The position numbers and the translations under genes were made by a program. From the NCBI GenBank assembly GCA_964016885.1, contig OZ024745.1:106206001-106270000 (forward strand): a DNA stretch of 64,000 bases, given 5' to 3'. Origin of the DNA: Eledone cirrhosa (lineage: Eukaryota). This document shows, piece after piece, positions 29,185 to 42,399 of this stretch. How positions within the stretch are numbered: position 1 is the first letter of the stretch; each line of letters opens with the position of its first letter. The notes beneath the pieces were generated by a model, which made no database searches, was not told where the DNA came from, and saw only the letters and a program-made list of their open reading frames with translations.

Positions 29185-29465
29185 GTGAATAGTGCAGTTT
29201 TAAATCAACACATGTTGATTTAAAACTGCACTATTCACAAATGTTTTTTAACCTTCATATCATGTCTCCCTATTTTATCTGACGAAAACGCAAATGTCAT
29301 CACATGATGCTATTTGTTTTTGAAATGCGCATAATAAAATACATGGAACTCTTTTAACCATCTTTTGATCTTATATTAATTATACTCCAGTCCTACAAAC
29401 TGTAGAGTGCTGCTTATCCGATATCTGCATTGCTTTATTGTACTACAATAAAACTCACCTCCTAC
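29184..29465 (+). mobile_element. Penelope-like remnant (family P6): 27-bp fold-back hairpin, HHR and tail, within (TA)n
   Basis: Perfect arms 29184-29210 and 29213-29239; HHR at 29271-29341; GAGTGCT at 29405. Confidence 0.7.
29271..29341 (+). ncRNA. Minimal type I hammerhead ribozyme with complete core
   Basis: UAUUUUAU-CUGACGA-stem II (AAACGCAAAU...AUUUGUUUUU)-GAAA-U(GCGC)A-UA^AUAAAAUA: 8-bp stem I and self-complementary AUGCGCAU stem III. Confidence 0.8.
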
Positions 29466-29524
<59 letters not shown>

Positions 29525-29605
29525 TATATATATATACATATATATACATATACTTATATACATATATATACATATACATATATATACATATACATATATA
29601 TATAT

Positions 29606-29659
<54 letters not shown>

Positions 29660-29840
29660 TAATAAAAACAATGAATAAAAACAAAGAAACAGTTCCTTAT
29701 ATTAAAAAATTCATCATTTTACGATCGTTTCTAGGATATATATGTGTGTGTTGGTATGTATATCATATAGATCTATGTAAAAGTTTTACAAACTATCAGA
29801 GGGAATATACATACTTACACATATATATGCTGTCTTCAGA

Positions 29841-30032
29841 AATAATTGTTTCTACTTTAGGCACAAGGCCAACAAATACCCAGTGCATTACTGGTACTTA
29901 ATTTTATCGACCCCGTAAGGATGAAAGGCAAAGTCAACCTCGGCGGGATTTGAACTCAGATCGTAAAGGGACGTAACTATGCTGGAAAGCATGGCGTCCA
30001 ACCCCCTGCCGATACTGCCAATCCACCGCCCT
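29841..30032 (-). mobile_element. SINE family A with 13-bp TSD
   Basis: CTTCAGAAATAAT is duplicated at ~29834 and ~30031. Confidence 0.9.
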
Positions 30033-31002
30033 TCAGAAATAATGATATTTGTTTATTGAAAAAAACCAACAAAGATTTAATATAATAGGTCTGTTTGGGA
30101 ACAGGTTTTGAATTGACGCTACCGTATTGAATTGATGCTACCGTATATTTTGGTAGATTTATCTACACATATATATATATATATACATAAATATACATAT
30201 CAAAATGAAAATATACATATCGTTAGACCTCAGCTTAATACTAATGACTATTGCGTTGGATAGGGGGGGGGGATAATACTCAACAGAAGGATTTCAATAC
30301 AGTTAGGTAATAATTTAGATTAAATGACAGACAAGTCAACAAGGGAGCGCAATTCAATCACTCGCTATACAAGAAATAAGAGCTAAACCTCCTTTAAATT
30401 ATAACTTTCAAACTTGAACATGATGGCAGTGATATTATCAGGGCTGACTTGAGAGGCTAAACAAAAACAACAACAAATACATTTATTTAAGTTCAGTTCT
30501 CTAGTAGAAAGTGCTGCTATTTTAATAAATATGAACAAAACCTGCTGGTAAAAAAGACGAAGAAACAAAACTCCACAAACATTTTTCCTTGGATTAATAT
30601 GTCAAAACAATATCCAGATGAGAGACACGACCATTTTAGCTTCTATTTATATAAAAAACAAACGTTTGGAACTCTCTTTTCAAGTATTTGCATTAAAAAT
30701 AGCGTGGTGTGTATACTAGAAAGCTGAAAAAACATAGTAGCAGCACACTTCCTGTTTAGAAGCTCCTGAAATAAATCTGCTATAACCTGAAATTTAAGTT
30801 CACATATGTTGCAAAAAATATATAACAGGTAGTCTAGATCAAGCTTATTTTTATGTCAACATAGTATATTCATTTATTCAAGTAGAATGTAACTCCAAAA
30901 GAAAAAGTCAGAATATATTAAGGACATTTTATTCTTAAATCACAGCTTAAACTAAATTTATGCACAATTCCATATACTTAGAATATCGAACCATTAAGTA
31001 AA

Positions 31003-31102
<100 letters not shown>

Positions 31103-31170
31103 GTGCAGAACCGTAACATAAGTATATAATCATATATATAATTCATGTATATAAGGGGAATATTTGAGTA

Positions 31171-31218
<48 letters not shown>

Positions 31219-31293
31219 CCCGTCGTTCTTTTAGAATTATTTATTAGGAATTTTACATATAACATACAGTATATACATGAATTATATATATAT

Positions 31294-31870
31294 AACTAGC
31301 AGTGTTGCAAGGTATAAGGTATTTTGGAACCTGGGCCGCCAATAGACCTAAACACTGCATGCCTGGACAATGTGTAAAGAAAATAAATCGAATACTCTGA
31401 TGGCTGGATAATCTTTAAGATTTTCCTCGATGAAGCAGGAAAAATGCAGGTTTTCACTTAATGCGTGCCCTAGGGGATCAAGAAAATGAATTTCTTTTAT
31501 GTGCATAATATGCCTTGAAATTTCGGGAAAATCGTCTAGACGTAAAGCTTCCAAAAAGCCCTAAGAACCTTAAAAATGAAGTTTTTCACCTAATGCGGGC
31601 CTTAGGCCATAAGAAAGTTGGATTTTCTTTGCTTACGGTATGAAGAAGAGACTGACTAATACATAGTTACAATTTCAAGGAAATCGGTCTGACGTAACGC
31701 CTCAAAAAAACCCTAAAAATGTTAAACAACGCAGTTTTTCATCTAATGCGAGCCCTAGGAGATACAAAAAGTTGAATTTTTTATGTGCATAACACTCCCT
31801 GAAACATAAGTAATACATATGTAAAGTTTGGAAAAATCAGTTGGGTACTTCTCGAGTTTTAGGATTCAAA

Positions 31871-31961
<91 letters not shown>

Positions 31962-32424
31962 CCTCAAGGAAGTGACGTAATGCAGCCATACAGACATACA
32001 GACAGATATTATAAGGGCGCGACGTTATAAGTATGTATCTATCAAAAAAGAGAAAGACTAAGAATTATAGAGCGAGATCGCTAAATCGCCTAATGTGGTC
32101 ACTGTGGCATAGAAAATTTAAAATATTCTTTGTTCGGAACACTCCTTGAAACATACTTATTACATGTGTAAAGTCTGAAAACAGTCGGTTGGGTGGTTCT
32201 CGAGTTTTAGGGATTCGAACTCAGACACACACAGACAGACATCCTCAGTTTTATATATATAGACTAGTTTTTCAACTAATGCGGGTCCTGGGGATCAAAA
32301 AGTTGAATTTCTTTATGTGCCTAACACTCTCTGAAACATAAGTAATACACATGTAAAGTTTGAAAAAAATCGGTTGGGTACTTCTCGAGTTTTAGGGATT
32401 CAAGCTCACAGACAGACAGACACA

Positions 32425-32510
<86 letters not shown>

Positions 32511-33370
32511 CATCCTCAGGGAAGTGACGTAATGCAGACAGTCAGACATACAGATATTATAAGGGCGCCACGTTATATGTATGTATCTATCTAAAAAGAG
32601 AAAGACTAAGAATTATAGAGAGAGATCGCTAAATCGCCTAATGCAGTCCCTAGGGCATTGAAATTTGAAATTATTTTTGTTCAGAACACTCCCTGAAACA
32701 AGTATTACATATGTAAAGTTTGAAAACAGTCGGTTGGGTGGTTCTCGAGTTTTACGGATTCAAACTCACACACACACAGGCAGACATCCTCAGTTTTATA
32801 TATATAGACTAGCAGAAAACCGCCCCCCGTTTGGTTTTCTGCTAGTATATATATATATTACACACACAGAAATGTATATATATTTCTGTGTGTGTATATA
32901 TATAATTATATATATATATATATTACACACACAGAAATGTATATATATTTCTGTGTGTATATATATATATATTACACACAAAGAAATGTATATATATTTC
33001 TGTGTGTATATATATATATTTCTGTGTGTGTATATATATATATATTACACACACACAGAAATGTATATATGTTTCTGTAGCACTCCTCAATTCCCCCCTC
33101 TCTCCCTCCCGCTATCCCCCTCTTGTAGTCTGTCGCTTTCTTTCACTCTCACTCTCTCTCTACGCGCGCGCAAAAAACATTCGCACACGCGCACGTGTTT
33201 TAGCGTCTATTAACTCTATCTCTCTCCTGCCTCTCGTAGTCTGTCTCTTTCTTTCACTCTCACACTCTCTCTCTACGCGTGCGCAAAAAACATTCGCACG
33301 CGCGCACGTGTTTCCACTGTCGGACAGACAGACAAACAGAGAAATTGCTGGTTATATATTATAAGGAGAT
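31294..33370 (+). mobile_element. Tandem array of Helentron/HINE (DINE-1-like) non-autonomous elements
   Basis: Units start ACTAG(C) and end CAGACAGACA...TTTATATATATAG. Subterminal hairpin ACTAGCAGAAAACC..GGTTTTCTGCTAGT at 32808-32846; ~535-bp duplication 31735-32265 / 32266-32807; internal (CA)n. Confidence 0.6.
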
Positions 33371-33449
33371 TATATACTTATGTCACGGTTCTGCAACTTG
33401 AAAGCTAAGGAAGCTGTTTTTGGTCAGTGTATGTAACATAAATAATAAT

Positions 33450-33509
<60 letters not shown>

Positions 33510-33511
<2 letters not shown>

Positions 33512-34670
33512 TTTCTTTATTAACCACAAGGGTTTACATAAAGTAGACATTAAGGACAGTACAGGACAATACAGGGCGGTACAAATGGGCATTTCTGCGT
33601 GTAAAAAAAAAGAAACAGAGGATGTAATAATGGAACAATGAAAACATTCCCCAATAGGGGGGGAGACTTCCGAGGGACTTTGGTGGAGAAAGCCCATTAA
33701 AAAGCCACAGTGACCCTGACCACCAGGGCAAGTGCCCTCTCCCAGTTTTCCACCTTTAATTTACAGACACATACTCAGAGTAGGCCCATTCACTCGGACC
33801 ATTCTTGCTTCTCTCACCCATCTTTCAACAAAATGCTGGGAAGAGAGCACTTCCCTTTCTACTCTGATTTTCCTTTTCAAATGAAATTTGAAAAAGTTAA
33901 TCTGGGCATCACCGAAGAGGTAAGTGCTCGTCTTCAGCCCTTTCAAACGTGTCCACCATACTATCTCTTTCGCCATGGCCACCAGACAGATAAAAACTGC
34001 CTGCCCTTCCCGGCTAAAGGAAGAGGGCGGAGCAATCCTCACGATGGACTCAGCTGATAGCTGGATCCGTCCTACACGCGACAGCAGGTGTTCGACATAA
34101 ACCCACAAGTCAGCAATGCTCGGACACTGGACGAATGCGTGCAGGACGGTTTCGTCGCCCTGCGCGCATCTCGGACATGCCCGGCTGACGGCACCTCCAT
34201 GCCTGTAGAGTTTATCCCCAACTGGCAAACTCCTCGGTAGCACTGCCAGGCCAGGGATTTCTGGAAATTGTCCATAGGCCCCGGCCCGAAAGTTCTTCCG
34301 AAGAGATTGGCTAGTTGATTTTCGTCGACGCCTAGAGTTTCCCCAAATACGTCGTCGCTCTTCCCCTCCACAAATCCTCTATAGAACGCCAAGGTGGAGT
34401 TTCCACCGATCACATTGCCCGATTGGTCGAGGGCTGTGAGCGCCTGAAGACATTCCAGTCTCCAAGCGCTCCCTCTCGGTCTTCGCTTGACCCAGGACTG
34501 CAGCTCCGTCAAGGAGACGAGCTGGGGAAAGACGCGTCTAGCAAACGGAGACCACACCTGATCACCGTCGAGGAAGAGGTGGAGATGTCGTAGCCTCAGC
34601 GCGTGTCTGCGCATCATCAGCCACGGCATTCCCAGCCCTCCACGTAGCGGGTGTTGACAGCAGATGGACC
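33510..34670 (-). mobile_element. Tx1/L1-clade LINE, 5'-truncated, with (TTA)n tail
   Basis: Homologous to 2050-3206 and nearly identical to 42400-43515; CPRC..ETVLHAFVQC; (AAT)n at 33439-33509. Confidence 0.9.
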
Positions 34671-34689
34671 TTCACTAAGATGTACCTAT

Positions 34690-34865
34690 AATTCGAATGA
34701 CCAGCCTTTTCACATTTTGTGTCACGCTGAATTTCCCTAACAACTAGGTTGAGGGTACACGCGTGTGTAGAAGGCTCAGCCACATGCATGGTAATTCCAT
34801 GAGCAGGTTGTTCCGTTCACCGAATCAACTGGAAAACAGGTCGTCTTAACCGACGGAGTGCCAGT
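34690..34865 (+). mobile_element. Decayed 3' part of a different abundant SINE-like repeat
   Basis: GAGCAGGTTGTTCCGTT...AACCGACGGAGTGCC resembles a recalled octopus SINE tail. Single copy in this window. Confidence 0.4.
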
Positions 34866-35236
34866 TATGTCAGAAAGAAAATTTGAGGAAATGGCAGAAA
34901 TTAGTGTCATCAGAAATAAGTGGTTTGGAATTGAAAGTGACGAAAAATGTGGATGGAAATTAAGCTAGCAAAAGTAGAAGATCATTAAATATGGAGATGA
35001 CAGGACTTTCTAAAGAAAAAAAAGTTTTTTTTTTTCCCCGGGATGTCAAAGCACAGATTGCAACTGTCAGTATCAATATTAACATAATATAACCACATGT
35101 TTCAATAATGTAGGAAAGTTAAACATCATCGAAATGATTTGCTCAAAATACACTTCTCACGAATGGAAAACTTAGACGTTTTGTTAAATGTTTTGTTAAA
35201 TATCCTCCTTGAAAAGTATCTTCGCATCTTCTAGAA

Positions 35237-35549
35237 AACGAGAAATTAATAATTGTTTCAACTTTTTGCCACAAGGCCAGCAAATACTCAGTGCATTACT
35301 GGTACTTTATTTTATCGACCCCGTAAGGATGAAAGGCAAAGTTAACCTCGGCGGGATTTGTACTCAGAATGGCAACGGTTGTAACTCTATGCGTCAAAGC
35401 ATGGCGTCCGACCCTTTACCGATACTGCCAATCCACCGCCCTGCCAATCCATAATAATTGTTTCAACTTTAGGCACAATTTGAAGAGATAGGGAAAGTCA
35501 ATTAAATCGAATCCAGTACTCAATTGTGCTTTATTTTATCGACCTCGTG
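35237..35549 (-). mobile_element. Two adjacent SINE family A copies (full 35237-35441; older 3' half 35452-35549)
   Basis: Core and tail matches; AATAATTGTTTCAACTTT is repeated at both 3' ends. Confidence 0.8.
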
Positions 35550-35815
35550 ACAATACAATAGACAAGGGCAGTGGGGGATTAAAATAAAACCGAGAAAAAA
35601 CAAATTAACAAATAACAATGAACAAAATAATTACAACAATGAAAATTCCTCAATAGGGGTGGGAGGACTACCTTGGGGCGACTCAGAAACCCCACCAATC
35701 CTGAACGACCCGACGCTTCAAGAGCTCCAACGAAGTGACCCTCTCCTCTCCAAATCAGCCAGCCTACGGGCGCATGATTCAAGTAAACCAATTCACACGA
35801 ACCATTCTCGCAACA
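35550..35815 (-). mobile_element. Diverged Tx1 3' fragment
   Basis: Encodes VARMVRVN (compare ARMGRVN/ARMVRVN at the Tx1 ORF2 ends) and carries the CCCCTATTGAGGAA 3'-UTR motif. Confidence 0.6.
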
Positions 35816-37194
35816 TAACTCACTATCTACGATAACCACAAAAATTACAAATTAGTGGCCATTCTACACTTTCCTAAGCTACTGCTCTAGAAAATACTTT
35901 ATCTCGAGACGATCTGGATGAGAGTCTCATCCATACCGCAGACCAGTTTTCCCTCTTCAACTCATAAATTTCACGGATAGTGGATTAATTCTCAATGGCA
36001 GTATTGATGGCGACTATTTCGGGCAGCACTTATGACACCATAGCTATGGCCAGTCGTTTGTCGCAGTGCGAATGAATGAGGATCAATTATTCGTTCATTA
36101 AAATCGTGAGGGAGTGGGATTTAGATTCTTTCACGCTGGACAATCTCACCACCACTGTGCTAAGCCGTTTGTTTGATGATGTGGGTTTTACGCTCCACCC
36201 CACCACACACGAGGGCCTTTTGAATTATTGGTCCCATGTTGCATTCGATTATTTACGATTTCGCGCTTATTGTGCGTGCGTACGTTATTCTCAAGACACG
36301 TCTTTCCTCCGTCACAGGTGATGTAGGAAATCTGAAAGGCAACTCTTCGGTCGTTTTTTTTTTCTCTTTTCATACGCCTGTTCTTTTTTATTTGGCATTT
36401 TTTAAAGTAGACCCTTCCTAGGTTTTTTATGGTGGATGTGAAAGATCTGTTGGCTTGCTGAGTGTCTCGTTGGCAGGTTGACTTCTGTATAGTTGGCTGA
36501 CTGACTGACTGGATAACTAGCTTTCTGACTGTTTGGATGGATGGCAGGCGACTGGCTGCTGCTAATATTGCATAAAGCAGGAACATTGGTTTCCATGTCT
36601 ATAAATATACTGAGGCAGTTTTGCTTTTGTTTTTGTTGTCTTTTACTGTTGCTGTTGTTTTATACTCCTGTGGCGGTTCTACTCAGTGAAGAACCGGTTG
36701 GTCTTCACTGCTAAAGACGTAGAATTTTCCATCTCCACCAAGATTTTTTCCAAAAAAAACAAAAAAACAAAAAAAACAATTGAGAGCCATATTTGAATTC
36801 TAAACACAAATTTTTTCCCGTAAATACTGAAATATTGAAGATAGACAATTATATTAACAATGAACTTTGTAGTGACATGTAGGAAAAATAGCAATAGTAA
36901 ACAGAAATTTCATGAAGAAGTATAACAATAAATAACACGGACATGCAATAATACTGAGTCATTATATAAAAAGAATTAGTAAAGAAAAGCGAAAGAGAGA
37001 GAAAGAAAGAAAAAATCAAAATGTTCCGGTTAAGACGCTTCTGAAACCACTGATGAGATCTAACAATTGTCGGTTATCTTCATTTGTCTGTTGGTCACGT
37101 GATATATCATCTTCGATTTTTGCTTTGATATCTAATATGGGGTCGTCCGTTATTATGTCTTTCTATCTTTTTCTTCATTTATCTCTCTCTTCTC

Positions 37195-38670
37195 TCTTTC
37201 CTTTAATATTCCTTTCTCTGTGTCTGTCACTCTCTTTCCATTAATATTTCTTTCTCTATCTCTCTCACTCTCTTTCCTTTAATATTTCTTTCTCTGTCTC
37301 TCTCACTCTCTTTCCTTTAATATTTCTTTCTCTGTCTCTCTCACTCTCTTTCCTTTAATATTTCTTTCTCTGTCTCTCACTCTCTTTCCTTTAATATTTC
37401 TTTCTCTGTCTTTCCCTCTCTTTCCTTTAATATTTCTTTCTCTATCTCTCTCACTCTCTTTCCTTTAATACTTCTTTCTCTATCTCTCACTCTCTTTCCT
37501 TTAATATTTCTTTCTCTATCTCTCTCACTCTCTTTCCTTTAATACTTCTTTCTCTATCTCTCACTCTCTTTCCTTTAATATTTCTTTCTCTGTCTCTCCC
37601 TCTCTTTCCTTTAATATTTCTTTCTCTGTCTCTCCCTCTCTTTCCTTTAATATTTCTTTCTCTATCTCTCTCACTCTCTTTCCTTTAATATTTCTTTCTC
37701 TCTCTCTCCCTCTCTCTCCTTTAATATTTCTTTCTCTATCTCTCCCTCTCTTTCCTTTAATATTTCTTTCTCTGTCTCTCCCTCTCTTTCCTTTAATATT
37801 TCTTTCTCTGTCTCTCCCTCTCTTTCCTTTAATATTTCATTCTCTGTCTCTCCCTCTCTTTCCTTTAATATTTCTTTCTCTGTCTCTCCCTCTCTTTCCT
37901 TTAATATTTCTTTCTCTGACTCTCCCTCTCTTTCCTTTAATATTTCTTTCTCTGTCTCTCCCTCTCTTTCCTTTAATATTTCTTTCTCTGTCTCTCCCTC
38001 TCTTTCCTTTAATATTTCTTTCTCTGACTCTCCCTCTCTTTCCTTTAATATTTCATTCTCTGTCTCTCCCTCTCTTTCCTTTAATATTTCTTTCTCTGTC
38101 TCTCCCTCTCTTTCCTTTAATATTTCTTTCTCTGTCTCTCCCTCTCTTTCCTTTAATATTTCATTCTCTGTCTCTCCCTCTCTTTCCTTTAATATTTCTT
38201 TCTCTGTCTCTCCCTCTCTTTCCTTTAATATTTCTTTCTCTGTCTCTCTCCCTCTCTTTCCTTTAATATTTCTTTCTCTGTCTCTCCCTCTCTTTCCTTT
38301 AATATTTCTTTCTCTGTCTCTCTCACTCTCTTTCCTTTAATATTTCTTTCTCTGACTCTCCCTCTCTTTCCTTTAATATTTCTTTCTCTGTCTCTCTCAC
38401 TCTCTTTCCTTTAATATTTCTTTCTCTGTCTCTCTCACTCTCTTTCCTTTAATATTTCTTTCTCTGTCTCTCACTCTCTTTCCTTTAATATTTCTTTCTC
38501 TGTCTCTCCCTCTCTTTCCGTTAATATTTCTTACTCTGTCTCTCTTACTCTCTTTCCTTTAGTATTTCTTTCTCTGTCTCTCTCACTCTCTTTCCTTTAA
38601 TATTTCTTTCTCTGTCTCTCTCACTCTCTTTCCTTTAATATTTCTTTCTCTGTCTCTCTCCCTCTCTTTC
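37195..38670. repeat. Pyrimidine-rich minisatellite, 36-38 bp unit, about 40 copies
   Basis: Consensus CTTTAATATTTCTTTCTCTGTCTCTCCCTCTCTTTC; length variants differ by one CT. Confidence 0.95.
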
Positions 38671-38874
38671 TATTAGAAACTTATTTGCTCTTTTTCCCAC
38701 AGACACAGACACACAAACACACACGCATGCGCACGCTGTACTCTTAGCTTAAGCATTCATCCACATGAAAGAAAGTGTATTCTAAGTATATCTACTCTCT
38801 CTCTCTCTCTTCCCCTCTCTCTCTCCCCCTATCTCTCTTCCTCTTCCTCTCTCTCAACCCCTCCACATCTGTCC

Positions 38875-38929
<55 letters not shown>

Positions 38930-39155
38930 AATTTTTCTTACCAACCTTTGTAATTATTTCTACTCTTTTCGCTCGTAATAGATTTTCTCCATACTTTCTG
39001 TTTTTGTTTTATGCTTGTTTGTCGTGCCCCTACATTTCAGATTACTTTTTTTTCTATTATCTAATCAATGTCACTGTTTCTGAGCAAATCTAGCCTAACC
39101 ACACACCACATTTCATACGCATACAACCCATTATATATATATATATATATATATA

Positions 39156-39460
39156 TACGAGGGCAATCCCAAAAGTAAGGCCTCCTTCCGATATTGCAAC
39201 TTTTCCGTTAAAATTTTATGGTTGGTGCTTTGGGAAACCTCAGGAACCAAAATACAGAGAGCATCCAGAGTGATCCGCCGATCTTTACGCATGTTTTCCT
39301 CGGAAGGAGACCTTACTTTTTGGATTACCCTCGTATATAATAAATGCTTTTTTGGGAGTGAAGGAAGCACCAATCACAACAGTGTTGCCAACAGCCGTAC
39401 GAACAGCTTCTCTGCGTCCCCATCGCTTTGGAGACCTTACTTTTGGGATTACTCTCGTAT
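39156..39460 (-). mobile_element. Internally deleted mariner (Tc1/mariner) element plus an extra terminal fragment
   Basis: ~28-bp TIRs TACGAGGG.AATCC.AAAAGTAAGG.CTCC at 39156 and (reverse) ending at 39335 and 39459; TA flanks. Internal peptide DRRITLDAL..EVSQSTNHKILTEKLQYRK matches the mariner HTH region. Confidence 0.82.
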
Positions 39461-39514
39461 ATATATATATATATATACATATACACACACGCACACACAC
39501 ACATACATACATAT

Positions 39515-40341
<827 letters not shown>

Positions 40342-40344
40342 TAT

Positions 40345-40680
40345 ATAGTATATGAGATTCGGTGAGCTACTGCTGTATGGTACCAATAGGAACACTCGGT
40401 GTACAGGCAGTGGCTATATAATAAAACTTTCGTTTAAATGTATTTGTGTTTTTGTTGTGTAATCGACCTCTTATAAGTCTGGAAGAGGATTAGCTCAAGG
40501 TCACATATGGAATTCATGAATCCGACTCCAGCATCAACACTCTGACGAGCAGATCGATACTGGAGTCGGGTCCATAACTTCCATGGGTTTCCTTGAGCGA
40601 ATCCGCTACGAATCGCGCGTAATACGTTATTGCACAATAAAAACGCAAATACATGTAAACGAAACTTCCTTGTTTTTCTT
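40345..40680. mobile_element. Decayed palindromic Penelope-like remnant, same family as 6370-6780
   Basis: Arms ~40424-40535 and 40556-40668; CTGACGA at 40542 and GAATC-GCGC-GTA at ~40610; shared CCTTGAGC.AATC and CATGTAAACGAAACT; GAGTGTT tail on the minus strand. Confidence 0.6.
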
Positions 40681-41240
40681 GTTATACATATATGAAATCA
40701 AGATTGGCACCTACTAATAGTTTCATTGTCTTGAAGCCATATAGTTTATCAGATCATTATGATGGAATGAATGTCAAAACAAAAATAACTAATAGCTTAA
40801 TAGTAGAAATCTCGTTTCGATGTCACATTACCATAAACATCAAAACGTTATTTTCTATTCTAATAACAAAGGAAATAAACCTTAAATCATAATGTTTGAA
40901 CTGAATAGCGCAACAGATACTTGACAAATAATTAGACACATGAGATACGGGATTGATTACTGAGTCAATACAGAGAAATAAATTTAGGTTGAAGTTTTCG
41001 CACTAGTGTTATTGCAAGCGTTATATGTTTTTATGCAAGCAACCTTCTATTCTCTTACCTTACTGCGTAAATAAAGTATAGTATTGCACAGTGTCCCCGT
41101 TGAAATTTTACTTCAGGTGGAACTTGTCTACCCGAGACTACAGCAGAAGACTCTTACTTTACCTATCATGTATTAGCTTCCAAGAAGTTACGAAGAAAAC
41201 ATCTTTTCTCACATGTATGTACTTGCTCCTGTATGCGCGC

Positions 41241-41329
<89 letters not shown>

Positions 41330-42355
41330 TGCGTGTGTATATATATGTATATATACATATATGTATATATATGTATATATATACATGTATATACACACAC
41401 GCACATATACATATGTATATGTGTGTGTGTACAAAAATCTAGATTTCAATATAGAAACACTTTTTTCCAGAATGAAATTATTCGTCGCAGTAAGATAAAA
41501 TGAAGCATTTTCTTTAAACTCATTTTACGAGTAGATTTTGTATTAAAAGAATTAGTAAAACTACTTAAATTATTCAGTGTTTAAATAGTTAGGGAGAGTC
41601 CTTTCGTCACTAGAACAACAAGAACTGGTAGCCAAATTTCCTTCATATCACATCTTACTATCTTCAAAAGGAAAGTATTCACTGGATAAATGTCGTCCCA
41701 CATACTTTACGTAACAAAGCCGTTTGAAGGCTCTTTGGTCTGCTTGATCGAGACTAGTGTAGAACTCTAAAATGAGAGTCAGTTTGAGTCCTGTAGCAAA
41801 AAAAGCATAAAACCACTCATAGCAGCACAATGCAAATGTTTTCACACCTACGAACCTGTTTAATGAACCGAACATCCTCAAACTATTCTTTGACGCTCTC
41901 ACATTTAAATTCATGTGTGAAGTAAATCAACTATACAACAACCAGTGTACTGTGAGAATGAGATTTGATTTGTGTTAGTAATGCAGATTTGATTCCCGCC
42001 TAAAATGAAAGTATTTATCGCTTTAAAACTCTTAGAAAAATAAAAAAGATATAATGATTTTATTCAAAACTATAAACACTAATTTCATATAGAAAAAAAA
42101 ACAGGCCCAATAGATTGCTACTTAATTCATCTAATATTCCATTAAAATCATAGCAATTAATTTATGATTATTTTCTAATTTTGCCTGAGAGGGTTTCGTT
42201 ACGAAATTAGAATTCAATTTACATTCATCTGGCAAGCATATGTGTATTGAAAACTTTCGCAAACTTCCCAAATATTATTGATTCCTATCCCCGACCTCTT
42301 AAGTCTTATATGAAACCCTTGATTGCATTGAATTCGATAACAGGTTTACATAGTT

Positions 42356-42393
<38 letters not shown>

Positions 42394-42399
42394 CATAAT

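Noticed and set aside
37195-38670. 36-bp periodic array as a CRISPR
   Set aside because: Head-to-tail units with no unique spacers, no cas genes, and a eukaryotic context.
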